Source: Methanobacteriota archaeon (GTDB taxonomy: Archaea > Halobacteriota > Methanomicrobia > Methanomicrobiales > Methanomicrobiaceae). Taken from it: a DNA stretch of 64,000 nucleotides. Below are positions 20,250 to 28,965 of this stretch, piece by piece. The stretch is from positions 35,151 to 99,150 of the forward strand of contig JAENYT010000006.1 of the NCBI GenBank assembly GCA_016841665.1, written 5' to 3'. Position 1 is the stretch's first letter. Every line of letters begins with the position of its first letter. The position numbers were made by a program, and so were the translations under genes. A model generated the notes under the pieces. It saw only the letters and a list, made by a program, of their open reading frames with translations, searched no databases and had not been told where the DNA came from.

Positions 20250-21446
20250 ATGCCCGACGCCACAATTCCGTTTGACCGGAGAGCCGCCTACGCCGTCATC
20301 CTGCTCTTCGGGGTGGTGAGCCTCTTCGGCGATGTCATCTACGAGGGGGCGAGGAGCGTCACCGGCCCCTACCTCTACCTTCTGGGGGGGACGGCGCTGG
20401 TGGTGGGGATCGTGGCAGGGCTGGGGGAGTTTCTCGGCTATGCCCTCCGGCTGGTATCCGGGTACGTGGCCGACACGACCCACCGCTACTGGGCGCTCAC
20501 CTTTCTCGGCTACGGGATGCTGATCGCCGTCCCCCTGATCGCCCTCGCCGGTTCCTGGGAGATCGCGGCCCTCCTCTTTATCATCGAACGGATGGGCAAG
20601 GGCATCCGGGCACCGGCGAAGGACGCCATCCTCTCAAACGTGACCGCCCGCGTGGGGAGGGGCTGGGGATTCGGCATCCATGAATGCCTCGACCAGATCG
20701 GGGCTGTCATCGGACCGCTCATCTTCTCTGCCGCCTTTTTCCTCCGGGGCGACTACCGGGTGGGGTTCGCCCTGCTCCTCATCCCCTTCGTGCTGATGAT
20801 GGCGGCCCTTGTCGTCACCCGACGCAGGGTCCCTGCTCCCCCTGAGCTCGAGGCGGCCATCAAAGCTCCCCGGCAAATCCCGCCCGCAGAGGCCCTCATC
20901 CCCTACGGCGTGTTCACCGCCCTCACCATGGCCGGCTTCGTGGCCTTCCCCCTCATCGCCTTCCACTATACCGCCACCGGGGTGGTGCCGGAGGCCCAGA
21001 TCCCCCTCCTCTACGCCGTGGCCATGGGCGTGGATGCGGTGGTGGCGCTCGCTGCAGGGCGGGCCTACGACCGCTTCGGCCTTGCCACCCTCGCCGCCGC
21101 CCCGGTGATCAGCATGGCCATCCCCTTCTTCGCCTTCGGCTCTTCCTTCGGACCCGCCCTCATCGGAGCGGTGCTCTGGGGCGCGGTGATGGGGATCCAG
21201 GAGACCATTCTCCGGGCCGCGGTGGCCGACTATACCCACCTCTCCAAACGCGGGCGTGCCTACGGGATCTTCAATACGGTGTACGGGGCGGCATGGTTTG
21301 CAGGAAGCGTGGTGCTCGGCTGGGCCTACGGCGTCTCGATATCGCTGATTCTCGCCTTTGTGGTGGGAATGCAGGCGCTGGCGCTGCTGGTGTTTTTGTA
21401 TGCGAAACAACGGATGGAGCGGGCGGAAGCGGCGACCGCAGGATGA
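20250..21446 (+). CDS. MFS transporter
   Basis: About 12 TM helices with an MFS-like loop GKGIRAPAKDAILS between TM2 and TM3. 398 aa counted from the ATG at 20250. Confidence 0.8.
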   Translation: MPDATIPFDRRAAYAVILLFGVVSLFGDVIYEGARSVTGPYLYLLGGTALVVGIVAGLGEFLGYALRLVSGYVADTTHRYWALTFLGYGMLIAVPLIALAGSWEIAALLFIIERMGKGIRAPAKDAILSNVTARVGRGWGFGIHECLDQIGAVIGPLIFSAAFFLRGDYRVGFALLLIPFVLMMAALVVTRRRVPAPPELEAAIKAPRQIPPAEALIPYGVFTALTMAGFVAFPLIAFHYTATGVVPEAQIPLLYAVAMGVDAVVALAAGRAYDRFGLATLAAAPVISMAIPFFAFGSSFGPALIGAVLWGAVMGIQETILRAAVADYTHLSKRGRAYGIFNTVYGAAWFAGSVVLGWAYGVSISLILAFVVGMQALALLVFLYAKQRMERAEAATAG

Positions 21447-21527
21447 ACCGCAGGGTACAGGCCTTCGGTGAGAATCCCCCGAACACCACATTTTTCTGCT
21501 CTCCCGCCCATCCCCTGTGCGAATTGC

Positions 21528-22367
21528 ATGGAGCTCTTTGTCCTGGTTGACAACGCCACCTTCATCGACCGCTATTTCCGGGGCGAGCCCGCACTTTCCC
21601 TCTTCCTCAGGGACGGGTATGCGAGCATCCTCTTCGATACCGGGTATTCCGACCTCTTCCTCGATAATGCCCACAGAATGGGGGTTGAGCCCCTCGAAGC
21701 GGACTGGATCGTGCTCTCCCATGGCCATAGCGACCATACCGGCGGGCTGGAGCCGCTGGTCAAGCGCACCATTGAGGCCTCGATCGAGGGCAGGGAGGTG
21801 GCATCGCCCTCGTTCCTGGCCCATCCCGGCCTGTTTGCCCCGAAACGGGACGATGAGGGGAGGGATATCGGGTGCTTCATCGCCCGTGACACCCTTGCCT
21901 CCATCGGCGAGATCCGGCTGAGTCCGAACCCGGTCTGGATCACCGACCGTATCGTGTTCCTCGGGGAGATCGCACGAAGGCATGAGTTCGAGGGGAGGCA
22001 GGCGGTAGGAGAGGTCCTGCGGGACGGGCGCTGGGTGCCTGATGTGGTCACCGACGATACAGGGATTGCGTGCCTGACGGAGAAAGGGCTGGTGGTCATC
22101 GCCGGGTGCGCCCATTCGGGGATCTGCAACATCATCGAGCAGGCGCGCGAGGTTACCGGGGAGAGGCGCGTGGCCGACGTCATCGGGGGCTTCCACCTCC
22201 TGGTCGCGCCGGAGGAACAGGTCCGGGCCACATGCCACTACTTCGAGAGGCTGCAGCCTGCGGCGGTCCACGCCTGCCACTGCACCGGATTCCGGGCCAC
22301 CTGTGCACTGGCAGAGGTCGCCCCCCTGCACGAGGTCGGCGTCGGCCTGCAGCTCCGGTTCGACTGA
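21528..22367 (+). CDS. MBL-fold metallo-hydrolase (COG1237-like)
   Basis: MELFVLVDNATF...SILFDTGYSD...IVLSHGHSDHTGGL (HxHxDH motif), later AGCAHSG. The family includes a methanopterin-pathway enzyme, but I cannot assign the function from sequence alone. Confidence 0.75.
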   Translation: MELFVLVDNATFIDRYFRGEPALSLFLRDGYASILFDTGYSDLFLDNAHRMGVEPLEADWIVLSHGHSDHTGGLEPLVKRTIEASIEGREVASPSFLAHPGLFAPKRDDEGRDIGCFIARDTLASIGEIRLSPNPVWITDRIVFLGEIARRHEFEGRQAVGEVLRDGRWVPDVVTDDTGIACLTEKGLVVIAGCAHSGICNIIEQAREVTGERRVADVIGGFHLLVAPEEQVRATCHYFERLQPAAVHACHCTGFRATCALAEVAPLHEVGVGLQLRFD

Positions 22368-22894
22368 GACGGCCGGAAAGGACGGCCAAAAGAAGTCATC
22401 GGAGGGTTTGCAGCAGTGTTTCCTGATCACCGGTCCATCCTGCACCGGCCGCTTCTTCCCTCGGCGATGTCGCACCCTATTTCGAAAATGGGGCATTTCA
22501 TGGGAGCGCCCCGCGCGTCATCTTGGCGATCACGATCCAGAACCCCTCGCCCCGTAGATAATGTCGAACGAGGGAACGCCGATCTCCTCCAGCATGGTGC
22601 GAAGAGGCGCCTCGTGCCCGGGCAGGTTGATCCGGCTGGTGCTCATCCCGCCGCGGGGTGCATGCGGGTCCTGCTTATGGTGAAGATCGTAACGCGACCC
22701 TGCGGCACGATACGGCCACCCCCGACGTTGCGCGGATGCGCGACATCCCTGCGCATGCCCCGGTATCCCTATCCCTTCGAATGCCTAGGGTACAGGGGGT
22801 AAATGCGTCGCATTTATGCCCTAAATTGCGCCCAAATTCCTTAAAACAAGATCACAGTGTTTTTATGAGCTTACAATAATATTTGCACTGATCT

Positions 22895-25594
22895 ATGGAT
22901 CCCATCCGCGTACTGGTCGTCGATGATGAGCCGGCCATGGCCATGGTCACCAAACTCTATCTCGAGGATCGCAACGGGTATGCCTGCGATGTGTGCGCAT
23001 CCGCACCTGAAGCGCTGCACAAACTCGAGGCATCACCCTTTGACATCATCGTATCCGACTACCAGATGCCCGGCATGGACGGGATCGCATTCCTCAAAGC
23101 GGTACGTGCACGGTTCGAGTACATTCCCTTCATTCTCTTCACCGGACGCAGCAGAGAGGATGTGGTCATTGAAGCGCTCAACAACGGCGCCGATTTTTAC
23201 CTGCAGAAAGGGGTGGATCCGGAAGCCCAGTTCGCCGAACTCGCCCACAAGATCCGCCACGCCTTCGAGCGACGGCGCTCGAATGAGGCGCTTTTGGAGT
23301 CGGAATCTCTCAAACGCATCATCCTGGACAACGTGACAGAAGACGTGGTCTTCCAGGACGCAGAGTGCAGGATCATCTGGGCAAACCGGGCCGCGCACTA
23401 TTCCACAGGCAGGCTGGGGGAAGAGATCGCCGGGAGGTATTGCTACGAGGTCTGGCAGAAGCGCTCGCAGCCATGCGAAAACTGCCCGGTGCTGATGGCG
23501 ATTCACACCGGCGAGCCGCATGCAGGGCTCACCACCGTGCCCGGAGGCGGGGAATGGATCGTGCAGGGCATTCCGGTGCGGGATGCAAAGGGCGATATCA
23601 TCGGTGCCGTGAGAACCGGCCTCGAAGTCACCGCGTTGAAGGCCGTTGAAGACGAGCGCATGCAGAGCAAAGAACAGCTGGATCTCGCCATAGAAGCAGC
23701 GAACCTTGCCGTCTGGGACTGGTACCCCGCAGAACGAAGGGTTCTCTACAGCGATGTATACGCGGCGATGCTCGGCTATGGACCGGATGACCTTGCGCTG
23801 CACGATGGCACGTTTGCCCACATGGTGCACCCGGACGACCTCCCGGCAACGGTACGCGCCATCCACGAACATTTCGAGGGGAATACGCCCATTGCAAAGG
23901 CCGAGTTCCGGATGCGCTGCAGGGACGGGGCGTGGAAATGGATCTATGCCTGCGGCAGAGCGGTCGAGCGGGATAACGACGGAACTCCCCTGCGCGTGGT
24001 GGGGGTGCACCAGGACATCAACGAGTGCAAGGCGATGGAACAAACGCTGCGTGAGAGCGAACAGCGCTTGAAAACCGCCATCGAAGGGGCCGGAATCTGT
24101 GTCTGGGAAAAGGATCTCAGATCCGCGAGGGTAATAAATACTGACAATATCGCTGGGATTCTCGGCTACGCCCCCGAAGAGCTGGAGACTGCCGATAAAG
24201 ACCCGCAGGCATGGGTGCACCCTGCGGATCTCGCCGGTGTGCAGGCAGCGCTCGCTGGAAATCTCTCCGGCATAGCAGAATTCGCAGAGGCAACATTCAG
24301 GCTCAAAAGCGGGGACGGCACGTGGAAATGGTTTACCACACGGGGCAGGACGGTCGAGTGGGATGCACAGGGAACCCCGATCCGGAGACTGGGCATCCTG
24401 CAGGATATCACCACGAACAAGAATCTGGAGTCGCAGATCATCGCGGGAAGGGATCTCGCCTTCGGCCTCGCCGGGGCGTCGTCGCCTGAGAAAGCATTTT
24501 CCCTGTGCATCTCATTTGCGATGGATGTCTCGGGCATGGACTGCGGAGGACTGTTTCTCTACGATGAGGAGTCCGGTGAGATGATACTCGTCCATGCGGT
24601 GGGATTATCCGATGGATTCGTTAAAAAAGAGGCCGAAAAAAAGAGATCCCCCGGGAGAATTCGGGAAGTTCTTGAGGGGGGGCCGCGGTATCCAGGACTG
24701 GCCGATCTCGACGACTATCACCGGCAGCTGCTCGGAGAGGAAGGAATCCGGGCCGTGGCGGTTCTCCCTGTCCTCTTCGAAGGAAGGCCCATCGGGTGCA
24801 TCAACATCGCCTCCCATACGCAGGACGAGATCCCGGAAGAGTCCCGCAAAGCACTGGAGGCCATGACCGCAGAGATCGGGAGCGCCATCGCCCGCATCCA
24901 GGCGAGGGAGGGATTGAAAAAGAGCAATGAAGCCCTGAAATCGGCAAATCATGTCCTCAACCTGCTCTCCAGCGTCACCAGACATGACATCCTCAACCAG
25001 GTGAGTGCATTGAAGGCATATCTCATCCTTATCGAGGAGGATGGGCTTGAAAGCCCCTGCACACGAGATTTCTGCAGGCGGATGAAAGCTATCACCGATA
25101 CCATCCGCCGCCAGATCACCTTCACCGGCGATTACCAGAATATGGGAGAGAGAGACCCCGAATGGCAGCATGTGGTGTCGGTGATGGAGCGGGCGGCGGC
25201 TGCCGCCGTCATGAACGGTATTCACCTGGATGTGGCTGCGGGCTCGCTGGAGGTCTTTGCCGATCCCATGCTGGAAAAGGTATTTTTCAATCTCCTCGAG
25301 AATGCGGTCAGCCACGGGCAGTGCGTATCGAGAATCAGTGTTGCGGTTCGTGAGGTGGACGGGCACGCCCTCCTGATCGTTGAGGACGACGGGGTGGGCA
25401 TTCCCGGAGATATGAAGCAGCATATCTTCGAAAAAGGCGTGGGGGCAAACACTGGGTACGGCCTGTTTCTGGTGAGAGAGATCCTCGAGATCACCGGAAT
25501 GACCATCCAGGAGACCGGCGAGGAAGGAGAGGGGGCACGGTTCGAGATCCATATCCCGGAAGGGAGATGGCGTACCGGCACCTCATATGAATAA
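22895..25594 (+). CDS. hybrid sensor: receiver + multiple PAS + GAF-like + histidine kinase
   Basis: Receiver: IRVLVVDDEP...DIIVSDYQMPGMDG...LFTGRSRE...GADFYLQKG. Several PAS blocks carry W..W motifs. H-box LNLLSSVTRHDILNQ. ATPase blocks NLLENAVSHG, VEDDGVGIP and GYGLFLVREI. Confidence 0.9.
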   Translation: MDPIRVLVVDDEPAMAMVTKLYLEDRNGYACDVCASAPEALHKLEASPFDIIVSDYQMPGMDGIAFLKAVRARFEYIPFILFTGRSREDVVIEALNNGADFYLQKGVDPEAQFAELAHKIRHAFERRRSNEALLESESLKRIILDNVTEDVVFQDAECRIIWANRAAHYSTGRLGEEIAGRYCYEVWQKRSQPCENCPVLMAIHTGEPHAGLTTVPGGGEWIVQGIPVRDAKGDIIGAVRTGLEVTALKAVEDERMQSKEQLDLAIEAANLAVWDWYPAERRVLYSDVYAAMLGYGPDDLALHDGTFAHMVHPDDLPATVRAIHEHFEGNTPIAKAEFRMRCRDGAWKWIYACGRAVERDNDGTPLRVVGVHQDINECKAMEQTLRESEQRLKTAIEGAGICVWEKDLRSARVINTDNIAGILGYAPEELETADKDPQAWVHPADLAGVQAALAGNLSGIAEFAEATFRLKSGDGTWKWFTTRGRTVEWDAQGTPIRRLGILQDITTNKNLESQIIAGRDLAFGLAGASSPEKAFSLCISFAMDVSGMDCGGLFLYDEESGEMILVHAVGLSDGFVKKEAEKKRSPGRIREVLEGGPRYPGLADLDDYHRQLLGEEGIRAVAVLPVLFEGRPIGCINIASHTQDEIPEESRKALEAMTAEIGSAIARIQAREGLKKSNEALKSANHVLNLLSSVTRHDILNQVSALKAYLILIEEDGLESPCTRDFCRRMKAITDTIRRQITFTGDYQNMGERDPEWQHVVSVMERAAAAAVMNGIHLDVAAGSLEVFADPMLEKVFFNLLENAVSHGQCVSRISVAVREVDGHALLIVEDDGVGIPGDMKQHIFEKGVGANTGYGLFLVREILEITGMTIQETGEEGEGARFEIHIPEGRWRTGTSYE

Positions 25595-25768
25595 GCAGGT
25601 GTCGCTGGCACCGGTCTGCGGGGAAACCCCTGCAAAGAGCAACCTTATATCCCTTATTTTAGGCAATAAGCCAAAATTCTGAGAGATATATAGGAAAGCA
25701 TTTATATCGGCAGGAATAATCCTTTCCCAGCATATAACTGCTTCTTTCGTTGATCGGGGGTGCCGGTG

Positions 25769-26212
25769 ATGACTCGCGTGCTGATCGTTGGTGATGATGC
25801 CTTTCTTCTGGCGTATGCGAAAACCCGTCTCGAACAGGACTGCGGGATCCATGTCACCACCACCCCGTCGACACCCGCCGCATTGTCGCAGCTGAAATGC
25901 CAGACATTCGATGTCATCGTGGTCGATCACGCCAGGCCGGCCATGCAGCGGTTGCCGTTTCTTGACAGGATCGAGGAGGCGAACCGGGACGTGCCGGTGA
26001 TCTTCTGCAGCAGGCAGAACCGCAGGGATATCACAGACGGGTTCTCCTTCAAGGGAAAGAAAATCCTGCTCCACAAATCCGACGATATGGACCTTTTCTG
26101 TGATGACCTCGGCGAGATTCTTCACTGCATCAGGGGCGAGTATGGGGCAGATGAACGATACTCCCCCCCCGTTTCGGCCTCCAGCTGGATCGAGAGGATT
26201 TTTTTGGTATAA
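25769..26212 (+). CDS. stand-alone receiver-domain protein (divergent CheY-like)
   Basis: MTRVLIVGDDAFLL...FDVIVVDHARP...PVIFCSRQ fits the beta1 DD pair, the phospho-acceptor Asp and the beta4 pattern. There is no output domain. I prefer the ATG at 25769 to the GTG at 25760. Confidence 0.6.
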   Translation: MTRVLIVGDDAFLLAYAKTRLEQDCGIHVTTTPSTPAALSQLKCQTFDVIVVDHARPAMQRLPFLDRIEEANRDVPVIFCSRQNRRDITDGFSFKGKKILLHKSDDMDLFCDDLGEILHCIRGEYGADERYSPPVSASSWIERIFLV

Positions 26213-26243
26213 AAAAGGAGAGGCCGCCTTCATTCGGCGCCGG

Positions 26244-28529
26244 TCACGCCGCAAACGACGCCGTCCACCCGGGCCGTGCGGGAGGACTCGCATCGAGCAT
26301 TGCGCGCCACTGCTCATCGGTCAGGCGTTCTGCCATCGGCTGCGTAAATTCGTGATAGGTCATCACCGGCCCGACGCCGCAGAGGATCCGCCCGTCCGGC
26401 AGCCGGTAGGCGACCACGATCATGTCCACGTAGCCCACACCCTCTTCCAGCACCATCCTGCTGTTGGCGTCGGTGTGGACGTCAGCGACGATCGTGGTCT
26501 TCTTCGCCTGATCGTCCACATCCTCGATGACCCCCTCGAGCGCATCGCCGAAATCCCTGATGAATGCGTAGTCGTCTTCGGAGAGCTCCTCGTGTTCGAG
26601 TTCTCGGATTGAGATGTCCTCCAGGCGCTCAAGGACCGCTTCAAGCCGGTCAAGCCTCGCCTTTGATGCGCTGTCCAGCACCTCCATCTCCTCCAGCCCG
26701 GCGTTGGTCATCCGGGTGAGGGCAAGCAGGCGGTGATAGAACTCTGGGACCGGCTCGACATAGCCCACCACCGGTTGTTCTTCGGGCGGCATGGCGGTAG
26801 CCTCCATGGTATAGCTCTGTTTGGCGTAGAGGATGGTGTCGTGGCGCAGCTCCGTCCACGAGGCGAGGGCGCAATTCAGCTGCTTGTCCTGCCATGCCTC
26901 GCCCTGCATGAAAGTGGGATACCCGGGCCCGTAGTCGGCAAGGAGCGGTTTGAGAGAGTAGAGCCAGCTCCAGTAGAGGTTCCTGTTCCAGTCCGCAACC
27001 GTGAAGTTTCCAAACTCCGACTCCAGTTCTGCATACCGGGCGGCATAGAGGGAGTACTCGTCGTTACCCGTCTCGTCGAGGATCGCCTTGGCACGATCCG
27101 ATCCCAGCAGCGCCATCACGTCGAGGCCCATCGGAAATCCCCGTATCGATCCCACCAGAGTGAAGGGCTGCCGGGTGCCCGTATAGGTACCGGTGTACGG
27201 CCCTACCAGGCGGGAGAACAGGTAGGAGTCGGGGATGAACCGCTGGCCCATCAGCCGGAAGCCCTTGGTGCTCTCCAGGCACTGGTCCGCCTGCTCCGGC
27301 GAGTAGGGGGGCGGGATCTGGCAGTTGCCCGTGCCGCCGTAGATCTGCGGTGAACGGTAAGCGGCAAGTTCCGCTTTGAGCGCCGCCACCTCATCCTCGC
27401 TCACCGCTGCCGGATCGAACGTCCCGCCGAACACCTCGCGCATGGCCTCGAGGTACTCGTAGCAGCCAAGGTCGTCGGAGAAGCCCACATAGAAGGCCGT
27501 CACGGTATACATCCTGTCCCAGAGCGCCTGTGTTGCCGGATCCGCGGCGATCGCCGCGGTGATCTGCGCCGCACCGGTGGTCTGGATCCTGGCATCCTCG
27601 GCGGAGACGAGGGCATCGGGAGTGCCCCCTTTCAGGAGGAAGCTCATCCTGCCGTACCACATCATCGCCTTGAAGTAGTTCTTGAGCTTCTCGGAGCGGG
27701 TGTAGTGGCCGCGGGGCACGTACTGGGAGTAGTCCTCGTCGTAGTGGAAGATCGGAGAGGTCGCAAATCCCTCATGGCCCTCGATCAGGGCAAGTTCCGC
27801 CTCCACTTCGTCGCGCACCGCCGCGGGGACGCTGACGCGGTAGCGGTCCGCCTCCTCACGGGAAAAATGCGTCTCCTCGTAACGCCACGCTTCCTCCTCC
27901 GGGATGATCTGGTCGGGCTGGGGGGCGAGCAGACTCAACCCCACGGCGAAAAATGCGGCGTTTCGCCGGGCTGCTTCCTTCGTCTCTCCCTCGGCACTGG
28001 CGTGAACGGCAAGCGACTCCTGGAGAAGATGGTCGCTCACCTGCCAGATGCCGTCATAGAATTCACGCTCCTCGATCCGGCGGAGGGTCTCATCAAACTG
28101 GATGTGGTAGAGGTGGAGGAGCGAGTCGCTCGTGATAAAGATAGGCAACTGGCGCTCCTTCAGGATCTCATAGGGCCTGGTAATGTCCTCCTCCTGCGGG
28201 TTGAAGGGGTTGGCGATCACCACGAACCCGTGCTCTGCAAGCAGGGATTCGGCGTGTGTGTCGAGGGGGACCTTCAAGACAACATCGCCATAGTTCGAGA
28301 TATCTTCCGGCGCAAGCGGGAGATCGTAGGCCGGCACCCGGGCGTCGATCTCGAGCGCCGGGCTTGCATAGTACTGCGCAAAGCTCGCTGCCGTGGTGTT
28401 TGCCCCGGAGAGGTTCACCGCCTCCACGGTGAGGGGCTGGAGATGTGCCGGCTGCTCCGTCTGCACGCAGGCAGCAGTGATGACCGCGGCGCAGACCGCG
28501 GCCAGAAAGAGTATGGTCCGTGCATTCAT
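26244..28529 (-). CDS. large secreted protein, DUF3160-like
   Basis: Signal peptide MNARTILFLAAVCAAVITAAC (the Cys suggests a possible lipid anchor). 761 aa. The block QLPIFITSDSLLHLYHIQFDETLRRIEEREFY matches my recollection of DUF3160. Family call is moderate. Confidence 0.65.
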   Translation of the reverse strand: MNARTILFLAAVCAAVITAACVQTEQPAHLQPLTVEAVNLSGANTTAASFAQYYASPALEIDARVPAYDLPLAPEDISNYGDVVLKVPLDTHAESLLAEHGFVVIANPFNPQEEDITRPYEILKERQLPIFITSDSLLHLYHIQFDETLRRIEEREFYDGIWQVSDHLLQESLAVHASAEGETKEAARRNAAFFAVGLSLLAPQPDQIIPEEEAWRYEETHFSREEADRYRVSVPAAVRDEVEAELALIEGHEGFATSPIFHYDEDYSQYVPRGHYTRSEKLKNYFKAMMWYGRMSFLLKGGTPDALVSAEDARIQTTGAAQITAAIAADPATQALWDRMYTVTAFYVGFSDDLGCYEYLEAMREVFGGTFDPAAVSEDEVAALKAELAAYRSPQIYGGTGNCQIPPPYSPEQADQCLESTKGFRLMGQRFIPDSYLFSRLVGPYTGTYTGTRQPFTLVGSIRGFPMGLDVMALLGSDRAKAILDETGNDEYSLYAARYAELESEFGNFTVADWNRNLYWSWLYSLKPLLADYGPGYPTFMQGEAWQDKQLNCALASWTELRHDTILYAKQSYTMEATAMPPEEQPVVGYVEPVPEFYHRLLALTRMTNAGLEEMEVLDSASKARLDRLEAVLERLEDISIRELEHEELSEDDYAFIRDFGDALEGVIEDVDDQAKKTTIVADVHTDANSRMVLEEGVGYVDMIVVAYRLPDGRILCGVGPVMTYHEFTQPMAERLTDEQWRAMLDASPPARPGWTASFAA

Positions 28530-28671
28530 TCTGTCACCAGTGAACCATGGGAAGTTAAGCAAAAATACCTATGGTACACTTCGAAAATCTTCGAAGTATC
28601 CCGGCGGGCATTAAACAACTCCAATTGATAAAAAGGATTTTATAATCTACCATATATTTTGGTGAGATACT

Positions 28672-28929
28672 ATGACCGGAAAGCACAGTATCCTGTGTGT
28701 GGGGGCATTGGTCATGGTTCTGCTGGTAGCTGGGATCGTATCTGTATCCGCTATGCTGCCGACAGAAAATGAGACCGCCCCTGCACCCGGCACCGCATCC
28801 TGCGCATCGCTGTCGATGGAATGGGGGTGCCGGCAGTCGAAATATAAGGATAAACTCTCATCGCAATCATCCATTTACACCCTCATCTTACCATATCTGC
28901 ACCGAAATGACACAAAAATCGAATCATAA
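28672..28929 (+). CDS. possible small secreted protein
   Basis: 85-aa ORF with signal-like MTGKHSILCVGALVMVLLVAGIVSVSA. A GGTGAG Shine-Dalgarno-like element lies about 8 nt upstream of the ATG. No homology recognised. Confidence 0.35.
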   Translation: MTGKHSILCVGALVMVLLVAGIVSVSAMLPTENETAPAPGTASCASLSMEWGCRQSKYKDKLSSQSSIYTLILPYLHRNDTKIES

Positions 28930-28965
28930 CCTAATTATCCTGCTCCGACGCAGTAACCAGTACGA

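Noticed and set aside
20634-22496. 620-aa minus-strand ORF, the longest unassigned ORF in the track
   Set aside because: It lies antisense to the MFS and MBL-hydrolase genes, both of which have clear family motifs. Its translation is Arg/Gly/His/Pro/Glu-rich low complexity (for example HRRPVPCGSSCGRRFRPLHP), typical of shadow ORFs in GC-rich DNA.
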